A stretch of 64,000 nucleotides of DNA, taken from NCBI GenBank assembly GCA_964016885.1, contig OZ024758.1, forward strand, positions 31,124,001 through 31,188,000, given 5' to 3'. The notes beneath the pieces are model-generated. The model was given only the letters and a program-made list of their open reading frames with translations, had not been told where the DNA came from and searched no databases. Numbering within the stretch: the first letter of the stretch is position 1; each line of letters begins with the position of its first letter. The position numbers and the translations under genes were made by a program. Below are positions 13,383-27,775 of the stretch, piece by piece. Origin of the DNA: Eledone cirrhosa. Taxonomy: Eukaryota.

Positions 13383-13446
13383 TACTTCATTATACATATT
13401 TCAAGGACACCAAGTTAATTATGGTGTGCTTTCATCAGATAAAATA
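13383..13446 (-). ncRNA. Type I hammerhead (same family as 31974-32269)
   Basis: TATTTTAT-CTGATGA-AAGCACACCA...TGGTGTCCTT-GAAA-TATGTA-TA/ATGAAGTA. Confidence 0.8.
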
Positions 13447-13523
13447 TAAATATATAGTTTTATAAATAATTATTGACGCACCCTTAAAAAATGCAACCAT
13501 TACTGTTGGAAGCTCCCGGATAG

Positions 13524-13571
<48 letters not shown>

Positions 13572-13685
13572 GTTTGAATATGTATAATAAAGCCAAAACA
13601 ATGCAGGTATGGACATAGAAAATAGAATGCAATTGCAAAAGATATTGTTGACAAATCGTCTTTTACCTTAGATTTATTTAAATGT

Positions 13686-13800
13686 CCTTAATTTTCGAGA
13701 TAATATCTCTTCTTCAGAGGGAAATAAAGGTCTCACACCAGCCTTCTAAATATCTTGCCAAGCCAAGATATTTAGAAGGCTGGTTTGAGACCTTTATTTC
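13686..13800 (-). ncRNA. Minimal hammerhead (13686-13720) with a 37-bp fold-back immediately 5' of it
   Basis: CCT-CTGAAGA-A-GAGAT(ATT)ATCTC-GAAA-AT-TA/AGG; arms 13721-13757/13764-13800. Confidence 0.72.
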
Positions 13801-14199
13801 TGCCAGTTGATATCTTCATCGATTTCGTTCTTTGCTCTCTATCGTGTCGGTTTTCTCGTTCACCATTGTTATATTCTCCATATATAACACAATGTCGGAC
13901 TCGACTGAACAGTCTTTCCCGCCATGATCATAATGTCGTTCTTTTAGAGTATAGTGTAGTATATCCTTAACTTACTCTTTCTCTCTTCCGTTCTTCCCCT
14001 CTTTCCTAATCATCAATCTTCCTCTCATTTGTTTCCTCTTTTCTCTTGTCATTTTTTCCCGCCATTTCACTGACTTTCTTTGTTTATTTTTCTCCTTCGT
14101 TTCTTATTTTACTCCGCTTCCTTCTACCTATTTACTTTACTCTTTATCTCACATATTCACACATATACTCTCTCTCTCTCTCTCTCTCCCCTCTTTCCC

Positions 14200-14233
<34 letters not shown>

Positions 14234-15051
14234 CTTTCTCCTCTCTATTTCTCTCTTCTCCTTCTCTTTCTCTCACCCATCCATCGCTGTATCTAACTGT
14301 CTCAGAATATATTAGATTTTTCTAATATTGTTGTCTATATGAAGCAATCTGCTGAATATAGCGATTTCTTTTTCTTTAATTAAAAGTTTGAAATTGTAAT
14401 ATTCTATGTTTCTGTAAACATTAATATTTAAATAAACGTAAAAAAATTCCGTCATGTTTATTTTGTTACATATTTCGTTCAGTGTTTGAGAAAATAGCTT
14501 TAGCCTTCAGCTACAAAACGACAAAATTATCACCTAAGGTGTCATATTTTATCGATGTAATTAAGGCGTAATATATATTAATTAATCCGTGGCAGTGTAA
14601 TAAAGAATGCTATGTAATTGAATTTAGAATATTTTGCCTTCGGATTCATCTGAGAAATTCCTACATGAGACGACGCCATATATAATATGAGAAATAATAA
14701 AAATGAGAAATCGTGACTCCATGATAATAATTTTAGTGACGCAAACCACATATGTGATCATCCCACCAGCTAGAAAGCGTAACCAAATCCGCCCCAAATA
14801 ACTCCCTAGCGTTTTAAACAATATAGAACTCATTGGATATAGTAAACTTTGATGGTCACGGTGAGAAGGCGTTTCCTGAGAGATCTAGAACTAAAACTAT
14901 TAATGCCATAATCAAATGCCAGCAGGTTATTAGCTATGAAACATATGTAACGTTCGATATGGAGTAAAAACATTTTAAAACAAAACCTCGTTATCTCATG
15001 CATAATGTGTGTGTGTGTACGTATGCATGTACGTGTGTGTGTGAATGTATC

Positions 15052-15093
<42 letters not shown>

Positions 15094-15094
15094 T

Positions 15095-15139
<45 letters not shown>

Positions 15140-15140
15140 T

Positions 15141-15183
<43 letters not shown>

Positions 15184-15372
15184 CCAAACGTAAACAGAAA
15201 TAACAAAGCAAACAACAATGAAATACAATGAAGCACAATAAAGAAATATATTAGTTTAAAGCTTATTATAGTAGGAAAAGAGTCTTACCGTTTCAGACCG
15301 AAGATAGAATAAGAAATCAAAGATGAAATAGAGAGATAGAAAGTAGAAGAGGAAGGAACGGAGAAAAGTCTC

Positions 15373-16426
15373 TCTATATGTATATAATTCTTTGTCTGTC
15401 CCTATGCATTCTCAAACGGCTGGACCAAATCAAATCAAATTTTACAAGGTAATAGTATTAGACTCCGGAAGTGTCAACATATCATTTTTATTTTCATTTG
15501 GATTAAAACAATATAAGATTTTATCTAAAATAATAATGTTATAGTCAACTATAGTAAACTACGACGACGACGACGACGATGGCGTCACATTTTGTATATG
15601 TGTCTGTATGTGTCTGTGAGTGTGTGTGTGTGTGTGTTTCTGCGTTCGTTATGTACGTTAGGCTTCGGAGAATTAAACACACATCTACACATACATACAC
15701 ATAATGTGTGTGAGTGTATACGGGAGTGTAGAAGTCACATTTTGTATATATCTATGTGTATATGTATGTTAGAGTGTATGTGAGAGTGAATGTGTGTGAG
15801 AGTGTATGTGTGTGTGAGTGCTTGTGCGTTGACTGACATAACGATATTTTCTTTAGTCAACTATAGTAAGCCACCACCATCACGACTACGACGTAACATT
15901 TTGTATATGAGTGTGCACACAGACAATTAAACACACACATAAAAATAAATATGTCCGTGAATGTATGCCTGTGTGTGTCTGTCTTAGTATATGTATGTAA
16001 GTGTATGTGAGAGTGTGTGTGAGTGTATGTGAGAGTGTATGTGTGTGTGAGTGTTTGTGTGTGTGAGAGTGTATGTGTGTGTGAATTTGCGTGTGTGAGT
16101 ATGTGTGTGAGTGTATGTGTGATAATTTTTATTTACATTTGGATTAAAACAATAGGACGTCACATTTTGTATATGAATATGTATGTGTCTGTGAGTGTGT
16201 GTGTGTTTGTACGTTCATTAGGTACGTTATTAAATACACACACACACATCTACACATACATGAATTACACAATGAATATTGTTTTCCCTAAGGTGTTTCA
16301 AGATTGAGAGATTTTCATTTCTAAATTCTATTACCATTACAATTTTGATATATTTTAAATAAAATTATTGTTTACTAATCTGAATAAGAACAGCAGTAAC
16401 CCGGGCAACGCCGGTAATTCAGCTAG
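15373..16426 (+). mobile_element. Non-autonomous Helitron-like element
   Basis: 5' TCTATATGTATATAA; 3' hairpin CCGG GCAACG CCGG followed by CTAG then T; internal GT-rich repeats. Confidence 0.7.
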
Positions 16427-16490
<64 letters not shown>

Positions 16491-16496
<6 letters not shown>

Positions 16497-16891
16497 AGAT
16501 CAAAAGATGGTTAAAGGAGTTCCATGTATTTTATTATGCGCATTTCAAAAACAAACATCATCATGCAATAATATTTGTGTTTTCATCAGATAGGAATGTC
16601 TTTAGTTGAATTGGTTATGTTGTAATAATCCATGTTGTAGAAGAAGAGGTAAAAGACCATCAAAAGGTATCCAATATGAGAGTAAGCGCTCAACCGTTAA
16701 GGAGCAAGTTAATACCTTTTGATGGTCTTTTACCTCTTCTTCTACAACATGGATTATTACAACATAACCAATTGAACTAAAGACATTCCTATCTGATGAA
16801 AACACAAATATTATTGCATGATGATGTTTGTTTTTGAAATGCGCATAATAAAATACATGGAACTCCTTTAACCATCTTTTGATCTTATATT
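16491..16891. mobile_element. Fold-back element, 180-bp arms, 41-nt spacer, divergent HHR pair
   Basis: Arms 16491-16670/16712-16891 with 1 mismatch seen; HHR TAT-CTGATGA...GAAA-TGCGCA-TA/ATA at 16790-16850 (+) and 16532-16592 (-); same tail recurs at 25521-25552. Confidence 0.88.
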
Positions 16892-16976
16892 ATGTATACT
16901 CCAGTCCTACAAACTGTAGAGTGCTTCTTATCCGATATCTGCATTGCTTTATTGTACTACAATAAAACTCACCTCC

Positions 16977-17066
<90 letters not shown>

Positions 17067-17079
17067 TATATATATATTA

Positions 17080-17138
<59 letters not shown>

Positions 17139-17294
17139 TATATACATATATATATACATATATATATACATATATATATATATTAATAAAAGGAATTCCA
17201 ACTTAGATTTACTCGTTTTATTTACAATCCTTTAAAATTTATAATGGTATTAGAATGAAATAGTTTGGTAGAATATTATATGTTAAGTGTTAAT

Positions 17295-17333
17295 TGAACA
17301 AGTACTTTCATGCTTTCGCAATCTTCAGGTTCA
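17295..17333 (-). ncRNA. Minimal hammerhead in the PLE 3' pseudo-LTR
   Basis: TGAAC-CTGAAGA-T-TGC(GAAA)GCA-T-GAAA-GTAC-TT/GTTCA, same strand as the ORF, ~365 nt after its stop. Confidence 0.85.
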
Positions 17334-17698
17334 TAATGTGTGGTGACAGTTATGTTTGCAATTTTCAACTGTAATGAGATGGGTAAATTTTGTGCCTTAT
17401 ATACAGTGAAAAGTGGCTCCAGAATGCTAAATCTTGCAAACTGTATTTCGACCAATCGGTGTGTAGTTTCACTGGATTACTAAAGCTGATTGGTTTAGGC
17501 GTCACGGTTGGTTGAGTATGTCTAACAACTACTATTTGACCCTATCCAAAGCATCAATTGTTTTGCTATTTTTAGAAATGATGAAAATAGAATTTTCTAG
17601 TAATCATCACCATCAACATCACTTTCATTATTATTATTATTGTTGTTGTTGTTGTTATTGGTCGTAGTCATAGTCATAGTAGGAGTAATCCCCCATTA

Positions 17699-19787
17699 TT
17701 ATTGTTCATTTAGCTTGGGTTTGAATTTATCAATAAAATTCTTTTCTTTGATTTTTCTCTTGATTTCACTTGGGCTGTGTAATTTGTAGAATGGGAATAT
17801 TATAAATATTCCCTGACCACATGTTGCTAGATGGTTACTTAGGGGTATCTGACGGACATTTGAGTCTCTGATTTGTTGTCGGTGTATCCGTGCACGTTCC
17901 GATAGTGCATTTCCAGCTTGACCGACATATAGTTCTTCACAATTCGGGCATTTAATGCAGTAAATTAGATTTCTGCTTTTGCAGTTCATATTTGCATTTG
18001 GGAATATTTTTCATTTTTGTTTTCATATATTGACCGGCGTGTATGGATTGACATGCGCCACATCGACTATCATTGCATTTAGATACAATGAATGATTGAT
18101 CTTTGTTGTTAAGGTCAAACTTTGCTTTTGTTAGCAATTGCTTCAAATTTTTCGGCTGTCTTTTACTAAGAGTCAAAGATCGATCTGTGATTAAGCCTTT
18201 TAATTCATTACTTTGAGCAATGATCGGTAGGTTTGCTTTGGCAGTGTTGAAGATAATCTGGTTACATGGGTTGTGTTTCATTATAAATGGTAGGACCAGT
18301 TCTTGGATTCTTCTTCCTTGGGTTGTCCTAAGTTGTTGTATAGGTATTTTTATAGCCCGCTGTATGCCATTTTCTATAGGTAGAGATGGGTATTTTTGTT
18401 TGAGCAAACATTCTCTTAGTTCTGTTAGGCGTTTGTACCTGGTATTCGTATCTTCTACAATGGTACAAATTCTTCTGGCTAGGCAGTGTGGGATGTTGCG
18501 TTTTGTGTGAGGTGGATGGCACGACTTAAAATTCAGATATTGATGGGTGTCTGTGTGTTTATAATATATATCCGTGGTAATGGTGGTGTCGTTTTTGATT
18601 ATAATTATATCTAGGAATGGTAATTTGGTACTACTTATCTCTTTTGTGAATTGGAGAGATGGGTATAGGTTATTCAGGAGGATATTGAACTCATCCAGAG
18701 TATCTAGAGATTCTGTCCAGATGATGAAACAGTCGTCAAGGTATCTCTTCCAAGATTTTTCAATGTACTTTCTAAAGTCAGTACTATATTTTTCCTCTAT
18801 TTCTTGGTAGAGTTGTTGTTCTAAGTATTCCATTACAGAGTTCGCGTAAACGGGAGCCCATTGCTGTGCCTCTAATTTGGATGTAATTCTTTCCATTGAA
18901 GAAGAAAGTGTTGTTTTCCAGAATAAGTTTAACTGCGTCTAATATAAATGGCGCTGTGAATCTGATGGGAATCACTTCTCTATGTTTTTCCACCCAGTAT
19001 TTAACCGCCTTTATTCCTAAATCATGTGTAATGTTGGTGTAAAGGCTTACCACATCAAAACTAAGTAGAAGTGAATTCGTTTCCGTGGTTTTGGGAAGAT
19101 GGGACAGGAAGTCGATATCATCCCGGATGAAACTGGGTATGTGAATACATAGTGGTTTCAAAATAATGTCAACAAAATTGCTTAGACGGTGGGTGGGGCA
19201 TGTTGGACCAGTTATAATAGGTTTAAGTTTTAAGTCTTTTGGGTGTAATAATTTAATGTACTCACTGTTTTGTTCTCTTACTGCCAGTTGTATTTCTTTT
19301 GACTTATGAACTTTCGGTAGGCCATACAGGTTGCTGGGTTTCGGCTCAAAATTGGTGATGTAGTCTCTTTCCTTATCAGTAAGTGAGTTGTGGTATTTTG
19401 AAGCCAGGTTGTTGATCTTCTTCATGATGTTGTGGTCTATATTTGACGGTATTTCATGATAGAATGTTGTATCTTTCAGTTGTTCCTCAACCAAATCCTT
19501 GTAGTATTCAGCATCCATTATAACAACTGCACCCCCTTTATCCGCTTGTTTAATTATTATTGTTTTATCATCTTGTATACGTTTAAGTGCAGACATTTTT
19601 GATTTGTTAATGTTTGGTCTGACATTAGTATTATGTCTAAGAGGAAATTTAGACAGGATGTCAATGTATTGGTCGAGATAGATTTTCTTCCTTTTGGCAG
19701 AGTGAAATTTGATTTATTCTTTACTAGTGATTCATCACTCTCATTATTTTTATCAGCGAAGAATTCTACAAGACGTAATTTTCGAAA

Positions 19788-19790
<3 letters not shown>
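17699..19790 (-). pseudogene. PLE reverse transcriptase-GIY-YIG endonuclease ORF broken into 4 pieces
   Basis: ORFs 19557-19964 (part), 18784-19596, 17952-18896 and 17699-17989 join into one domain order. Confidence 0.92.
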
Positions 19791-19869
<79 letters not shown>

Positions 19870-19923
19870 TAAATAAAATGCTGGATTGAACAATAATAAT
19901 TTATGAATATATATATTTTTAAT

Positions 19924-20044
19924 GGCTGACAATTTGTTTCAAACACTAAATCCTTTATATGCACCTAGATGACATGAATACCGATTATAAATCAATATTA
20001 GTACAGTAAAAATAAATGTGTGACTTAGTATTTTCATCAGAACC
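19924..20044 (-). ncRNA. Hammerhead with 93-nt helix II domain
   Basis: GGTT-CTGATGA-AAATACTAAGTC...GATTTAGTGTTT-GAAA-CAAATTG-TC/AGCC. Confidence 0.72.
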
Positions 20045-20446
20045 GAATGAAAAAATCTATAACATATTAACTAAAAAAATCAAAACAGATCACCGAAGTG
20101 ATAGACCTACAGTAAAGGTGGAATCTTGATTTTAAAAAGGTGCAAGTTATAAACCGTTAGACCACCATTTTGTTCGGGTTCGAAAATGAACATACAAGCG
20201 ACTTCCAAAAGAAGGTAATCAGTGATCAGAGAAGATAAATAAGTAGTACAGTGTAGGAAAATTTAAATGGGTATTCTTAAAAAAAGAAAAGGAGAGAAAT
20301 TAATAATAAAGAAATATGTTAAGGACAAAATAAACTTAAGAAAAGATTTGTTTAATGATAAAGAATAAAAAGTATCCAATTATTGCTAAGAGGGTGTATA
20401 AAGGTCGAAACAATAAGAATTACCCCTAAAGAAAATAATTGATATA

Positions 20447-20637
20447 TTTGTTTCTACTTTTGGCACAAGGCCAGCAATTATCCCAGTGTATTACTGGTAC
20501 TTTATTTTATCGACCCCGTAAGGATGAAAGGCAAAGTTAACCTTGCCGCGATTTGAACTCAGACCGTAAAGGGGCGTAACTCTATGCTACAAAGCATGGC
20601 GTTCGACTCTCTATCGATACTGCCAATCCACCGCCCT
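20447..20637 (-). mobile_element. tRNA-SINE (family 1)
   Basis: Full match to the 9153-9338 family. Confidence 0.9.
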
Positions 20638-21184
20638 TAAAAAAGAGCAGGAGATAATTCCACTATAGAGAAGAGTGTAAGATTCGAACCATGTAAAGTC
20701 ATAAGCCTAAGGTTAGTAAGCGGGAAAAAAAATGAAAAAGAAGGAAGAATTAATATTATTGGGAATTAGTTAGAGTGCATAAAAAACATATTGAAATAAT
20801 TAAAGATAATTAAATTAAACAGGGAATATATAAGACGGAAGGTGATAGAATGTAATATAAGGTTGTATAACAAGTGAAAAATAAAAATAGTTACTAACTA
20901 GAGATAGGATTGTGAAATAAATAGTCTAGGTTCTACTTTAAAGGAGATACATAAAAAATAGGTCTAAGGAGGGGAGGTATTACTACAGGATGGGAGAGGA
21001 TAAGGTAAAATCAGGAATAGGTAATGTTTAGATTAGAGAGGGTGGGAACAAATAACTGGTTAAGAAGTGGGGGTAAAATGCATAGGTGGAATAGGAGAAG
21101 AAAATTAGATGAAAAGATAAGATATAGAAGGGGGAGAGGAAGAACTAAACTAAGAGAACCTAAGTGGGATCAAAATTCCTGTTA

Positions 21185-21560
21185 GCTAAAGAATATGCCA
21201 ACCGGTGATGGCAATTAATCAGAATTTCATTGCGGTCATTAATTAGGCAGGGTTTAGATGTTATAAAATAAGCTTCAGATAAACAAAGATCACAGTGACC
21301 CTTAAGTACTTTGTATGGGGTGATTTAGCTAAAATATCCCAAATAAAAGAGTATTCAATATTAGATAGTTTAAGAGTATTTACAAGTCTTGCGAGAGAAG
21401 TCGAGGATTTTAAGCTACTATTCTTAAAAGAATGTGTATGAGAATTACAACGTGTCTTGAAAGGGTTACAGGTTTTAATAGTGCATTTATAAACTACATT
21501 ATTAATAAGGCATTGCCCGTTAAGGGACAATTGCTAGGTTTTCTCCTATTACGGTTAACA
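21185..21560 (-). pseudogene. Decayed PLE GIY-YIG endonuclease (second PLE lineage)
   Basis: NCPL..GQCLINNVVYKC...FKTRCNSHTHSFKN...STSLARLV...FIWDILAKS...CDLCLSE...NDRNEILINCHHR; YIG half missing. Confidence 0.75.
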
Positions 21561-21760
21561 GTAGTGGATAGTCTAGGCATAGGTGCAACAGTTAGTGGTA
21601 CAGGTAAGGAGATAACAGAGTTAGGAGGAATAGAGTTATAGTTATATTTATTCATGTGTAGATGGTTATTAGGTTGAAGTATATCACGTTGAAGTATAAC
21701 ACGGCTACCTTTCACACTGAGAATACTCCAATTTTACGAATATATATATATATATATATA

Positions 21761-21997
21761 TTGAAGGATGAGTATTTTAAACTTTATTTTATCATCAGTT
21801 AAGGCTCTATTGATTTTTCCCTGGATTTCACTAAATTCTGTTGGATAAATCTATATCCTGATTCTTTTTGAATTGAGTTTGAATTATTTTTCCCACATCT
21901 TACGTTAACTATTTTTCCCATTTTGACGCTATAGTCACTTATATATTATGGAATACTGTTGGCTTCTTGCTACAATACTTTCTATACTTTTCATTTA
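21761..21997. repeat. Dispersed repeat, also at 44761-44997 and partly (inverted) at 46727-46790
   Basis: Direct similarity, e.g. ctattgatttttccctggatttcactaaattctg. Confidence 0.8.
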
Positions 21998-22223
21998 TGT
22001 TCACGATTTCACCGAATTTAAATTCATAGAAATTTGGGACTTGACTCCTTCTTCCTCACTTTTCGTTGCTTCACCATTTTGTTTATTTACACTCGTGTCC
22101 CCTTTAATTACGTGTCCCAACAACTTTTTTTAGCCGTTGCTCGCACCAACCGAAGGTATATGGTCTTTAAAGCGATGAAATACCAATGATGGTTGGAAGA
22201 TCACTGATGAAGGACTAACTTTA

Positions 22224-22261
<38 letters not shown>

Positions 22262-22302
22262 TTCAAAATATTAACAAAAACAGAACTTCTTGTAATCAAG
22301 TA

Positions 22303-22369
22303 TATTTTATTATACATGTTTCAGAGGTACTGAGCTAACTTCAACAGTACGTCCTCATCAGATAAAATA
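22303..22369 (-). ncRNA. Type I hammerhead
   Basis: TATTTTAT-CTGATGA-GGACGTACTG...CAGTACCTCT-GAAA-CATGTA-TA/ATAAAATA. Confidence 0.8.
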
Positions 22370-22496
22370 AGATGATGCATGACATACCCTGACATAGTAG
22401 ATGGTTAAGATCCAGTCATGGTATATTGTAAAACTCATTCTTTGATTTATTCATTGAACCTTGTTTAACCTTTAAATATATATATATATATATACG

Positions 22497-22843
<347 letters not shown>

Positions 22844-22999
22844 TGTTTCTTTTATTTGCCACCAGGGCATCAAAAGTGGGACAAGTACAATGGGGGGAGT
22901 TTACAAAACAAGGCGTCCTCAATAAGGAGGAGGCAATAACAATATATAAAAATAAAATAAAATTAGATAGATAGATAGATAGATATCAGATGCTGAACT

Positions 23000-23725
23000 A
23001 TGATGATGTAGTTCTGGTGGAAACGTGTCGATGAGTGTGGGGCTGAGAATGAATGAGATTAAGAGGAAGTATCTGGTAGAAAAAATGAAGAAGTCAGAGA
23101 AGATCACTAATGTAGGCGGCAAGCCGCTGGAATTGGGTGACGACTTCCTGCATCTGGGAGCAAATATTGGGAATGCAGAAGATGATGTGGTTGAGAGGAA
23201 GAGCAAAGCCTGGGCGGTGTGCCACAGTTTGAGATCAGTGTGGAAGTCTGACCTTCGTAAAGACTTGAAGATCCGTCTCTTCGTTGCTACAGTAGAGTGT
23301 ATGCTACTGTACGGGTCTGAGACTTGTACACTGACCAAGAAACTCACTCAGATGGTGGATGGGTGCTACACGAGAATGCTGAGGATGGCTCTGAACATTA
23401 ATCAGTATACACTGAGGATAAAGAACTCAGAGCTGTACGGGAGCCTCCCAAAAGTCAGCTCAAAAGTAACACAGAGGAGACTGAGGTTAGCTGGACATAT
23501 TCACCGACATCCAGAGTTGACACTGCACTCAGTGCTCCTGTGGGAGCCCTTAAACGGACACACTAGAAGAGGGAGACCGAGGTTGACATATGTTGATGCC
23601 CTAACGTCAGACACTGGTCTCTTGGAGACGCAGCACATGGCGGCGATGATGAGAGACAGAGATCGCTGGAGAGAACTCGTCCATGGATCTCGGGAATTTT
23701 ATCCGCCATAGCTAGATAGATATAT
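23000..23725 (+). mobile_element. RTE-clade LINE 3' fragment next to (GATA)n
   Basis: ORF 23025-23711: LKIRLFVATVECMLLYGSET...YTRMLRMALNI...RRLRLAGHIHRH...RGRPRLTY...DRDRWR. Confidence 0.9.
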
Positions 23726-23864
23726 AAGGATAAAAGGATAAAGTCCCATAACTCCTTGTGGAATCGTAGAGGTACCATCAAACGGCGTGTCTAGGGCATT
23801 TTAAACCTGGCGGAGCCCAACCTCTCCAGGTCTGATCACAGCCGAATTTTTTCTATAGAGGAAG

Positions 23865-23971
23865 AATTGACCCCAGTACTTGACTAGTACTTTTTTATCG
23901 ATCTCAAAAGGATGACAGGCAAAGTTGACCACGGCGAAATGAGAACATGCTATCCGACGTCTTCACGACTC

Positions 23972-23972
<1 letters not shown>
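23865..23972 (-). mobile_element. Diverged family-1-like SINE fragment
   Basis: gaccccagtac...tttatcgatc...ggatgacaggcaaagttgacc. Confidence 0.6.
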
Positions 23973-24027
<55 letters not shown>

Positions 24028-24539
24028 GAGAAGCAAAAAATTGCTTATTGTGATCCAGTTCCTGGTTAAGAAAGCCAGTTATTATCTTTATCTTTATTGA
24101 AATATTCACTTCTGCGTTCACAGATTGACTTTGTTAGTTTCAGAAGATCCCGTTAAGGGTGAAAGGTGCGATTCTTATTATTATCTTTATCTTTATTTTT
24201 TATATATATATATATTTATCTCTTTATATCTCTCCCCCCCTCTCTCTCTCCCTCTCTCTCCATCCCTCCCACTATGATCAATTTAATTCTCTTTAACTCA
24301 CTACAATCGATGACATGAAGTCTACGTATCAAAACTGATCAAGGAATCCTTCCACCTCTACCCCTCCCGCCATCTCAGTTTGTCACTCTACTTCCTAACT
24401 CCTCTCCCCCTTCCTCTCTCTCTCTATACTATTCCGTTTGTCCCCTCACCACCTGATTCCTCTCTCACTATACTAGTAAATACAATTCCAAATAAATGTT
24501 TTTCTCTATATATTAACAACTATTTCAAGAGTAACTTAC

Positions 24540-24641
24540 TATTTTGAAAATTTGGACTGTGAACAACAATTATAATTGAGTGGCTGCTATTTGCAGTATA
24601 GCAATATAAGGTTGCACTTACCAATGAAACGGTCGTAAATA
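24540..24641 (+). ncRNA. Hammerhead, U3-A8 core, 75-nt helix II domain
   Basis: TATT-TTGAAAA-T-TTGG...CCAA-T-GAAA-CGGTCG-TA/AATA. Confidence 0.68.
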
Positions 24642-24829
24642 CCTGGATAAAATCCTTCTCTTAATGCTTACCTGGGTTTTCTCTTTTATACTATATATAT
24701 ATATAATTGGTGTTGGATGCTTGAAGCGTCCGTATGGGTAGGCCGTTTGAGCACTCGATGCTCTCACAGAGCAGAGTATGCTATCACAAAAAAAGAGAAT
24801 CAGTGTTGCGAGTAATGGAATTTATTGGC

Positions 24830-24921
24830 CATATTACAATCGTTTCTCTGGCGACCAGCTCGAGGCACGATCGATATGATGATCGAACCTGACTCTGAAA
24901 ATCGCCAAGTCCTCAGATACG
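24830..24921 (-). ncRNA. Hammerhead with 63-nt helix II domain
   Basis: CGTAT-CTGAGGA-C-TTGGCGA...TCGCCAG-A-GAAA-CGATTG-TA/ATATG. Confidence 0.78.
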
Positions 24922-24934
24922 TCTTGATTCTACG

Positions 24935-24985
<51 letters not shown>

Positions 24986-24996
24986 GTAGAATCAAG

Positions 24997-25074
24997 AATT
25001 GCCTTGTCTGACGAACGAATGATGTCGTTTCTTGTATTCGTCTTATTCGGGAAACCTCTGGTAATCAGGTAATT
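24997..25074 (+). ncRNA. Type I hammerhead
   Basis: AATTGCCTTGT-CTGACGA-A-CGAATGA...TTATTCG-G-GAAA-CCTCTGG-TA/ATCAGGTAATT. Confidence 0.75.
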
Positions 25075-25095
25075 ACATTGCATTGTTTATTATAC

Positions 25096-25162
<67 letters not shown>

Positions 25163-25565
25163 TTAATTCGTTTTTCTTCATGCATAAACCTCATTAACTT
25201 TTAATTTCAAAATCTTTTAAATTATCTATTATCTTCCACGGCTTTTTAATTTCTCTCTGTGAGACAATATATATTTTTTTCTCAGTTGTAAAGGCTATCA
25301 CTCTCTGTCTATCACCCATCTCTCCTCCTCTCTCATCCTTCCTTCTTATACTCCTCCCCCACCATCCTTTACTCTCATATCTTCCTCTTCCACGCCCCCC
25401 TCACTTTTTCCCAATCTCATACATCAATCTTAATTCATTTTTCATATGTTGATTTAAAACTTCACTATTCACAAGTGTTTTTTAAGCTTCATATCATGTC
25501 TCTCTATTTTATAAAATACTTGGAACTCTTTTAACCATCTTTTGATCTTATATATTATATATATA

Positions 25566-25614
<49 letters not shown>

Positions 25615-26749
25615 TCTATGCATATCAGTAGATGTGCTATAACAACAAGGGAGATTGATGAGACTAGGAGAACCGAATAATTGGGAGTAAATATAGTTTA
25701 GTGTATTTCTCACCGAATGTAAATGTAGTTGAATTCAATGTTGATAATCTGATCAATGGAAGTTTTATGCAGGTTTAAGATACTTAAAGTGACACAAAGT
25801 TATCTCAGTCAGTTCTCATTAAGATGACCTCTTCCATTGAAATATTTGCGTACAGTTCGCTGGCTTTGTACGTATGTTATGTCAAACTTCAGTCCTTTCA
25901 ATAACTGTATTGTTCATAGTGTTTGGCATCATGTGGTACAAAGTGACAGTCTTGGCATGTCACGTTGTATGTATTATTCATTTCACTTTACTTTTGAAAT
26001 GGTCGCACACTCTAGTAACAGCCAGAAAGTTAGAGAGAATTTTATATTTCATTATTATTCAAGTCATCTTATTTCCTGTGTGTTTACTGTACATCGTTGC
26101 AACCCAGCAATGAGATTAAATATAACGTGTCTATACTGTAGTTACGTATTTGTGACTCTTCGGATCTTGTGAGAGATAACATATCCAGTTTCCATATTTA
26201 CTTAAACCTTATTATTCTTACGAAAACATTGCCATGTTCTTGTTATGTTCTGGTATTGAATTTGCGAAATATTTCAGTTATCCCTTTTTTTCTTTGATTT
26301 TTTTCTTTTCTTCTTTTCTTTCCTTTCTTTTTTTTTTTTTTTGTTTCCTTTATGTTTTTAGAGAATTTTTCATTGACAATAAACAAGAAAAATTGGGGAG
26401 AATACTTTCGTTATAAAGTTCACCTGTTTTACATGAAATATAATAAAATATTACCCAAATATGAAATAAAGACATTTCAGTGTTGGTAAGAGTAAGAAAT
26501 GTTTTTAGTATATATGTTGTATTCGGTACAAATGTTATGTCTTTAAAATGGAAATCAGAAAATATGATTGTCTTACTCAGTTGAGAGTTAAAAACAAAAT
26601 GTTAAAACATTGTTATAGAATAATGCATTTCGTTTCGTATACTTTTGGTGGTTATCAGAATAAAATAAATATCAAATAAAAATACAGCCCTGTTGATGTG
26701 TAGGATTATAAGATAAGTACATGTGTTTGTAAGCCTGTAGCCGTACACA

Positions 26750-27532
<783 letters not shown>

Positions 27533-27775
27533 TCATGTGTTTTATGTTGCGCCAATATATTCCTACAATGTCAAACATAATTCTTGAACAGAAAGTGAAA
27601 GCAAATATGTGACGTACGTATTTATGTAGGCTGAATGCCAACTCAAACAAACCATCTAATTTCTTTACAACCGCCACCGTGACCAGTATTGATACACGAA
27701 CGCTCAGTAGTGACACATCACAGAAATGTGAATGTATTGTGCTAATATGGCGGGAGACCATGTACTAGTCTTTGA

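Larger units (their letters stand above)
17185..19790 (-). mobile_element. Penelope-like retroelement (Neptune-like), 5'-truncated, frameshifted RT + GIY-YIG, with 3' pseudo-LTR
   Basis: IIIKQADKGGAVV, SFDVVSLYTNI, GTAMG, RYLDDCF, LPFLDI, YLNFKSCHP, Cys-rich linker KCNDSRCGAC, NLIYCIKCPNCEELYVGQ; bounded by TA runs. Confidence 0.95.

Noticed and set aside
14865-14955. GAAACATATGTA-ACG resembling the 3' half of a hammerhead
   Set aside because: No correctly placed CTGANGA strand.
17699-19790. Naiad/Chlamys-type permuted or selenoprotein PLE
   Set aside because: The endonuclease is C-terminal, and the ORF breaks are frameshifts rather than in-frame TGA at Cys positions.
24140-24175. GAAGA-T-CCC(GTTAA)GGG-T-GAAA, also at 46806-46835
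   Set aside because: Probably ribozyme-derived, but the core start, helix I and cleavage site are missing in both copies, so it is not called.
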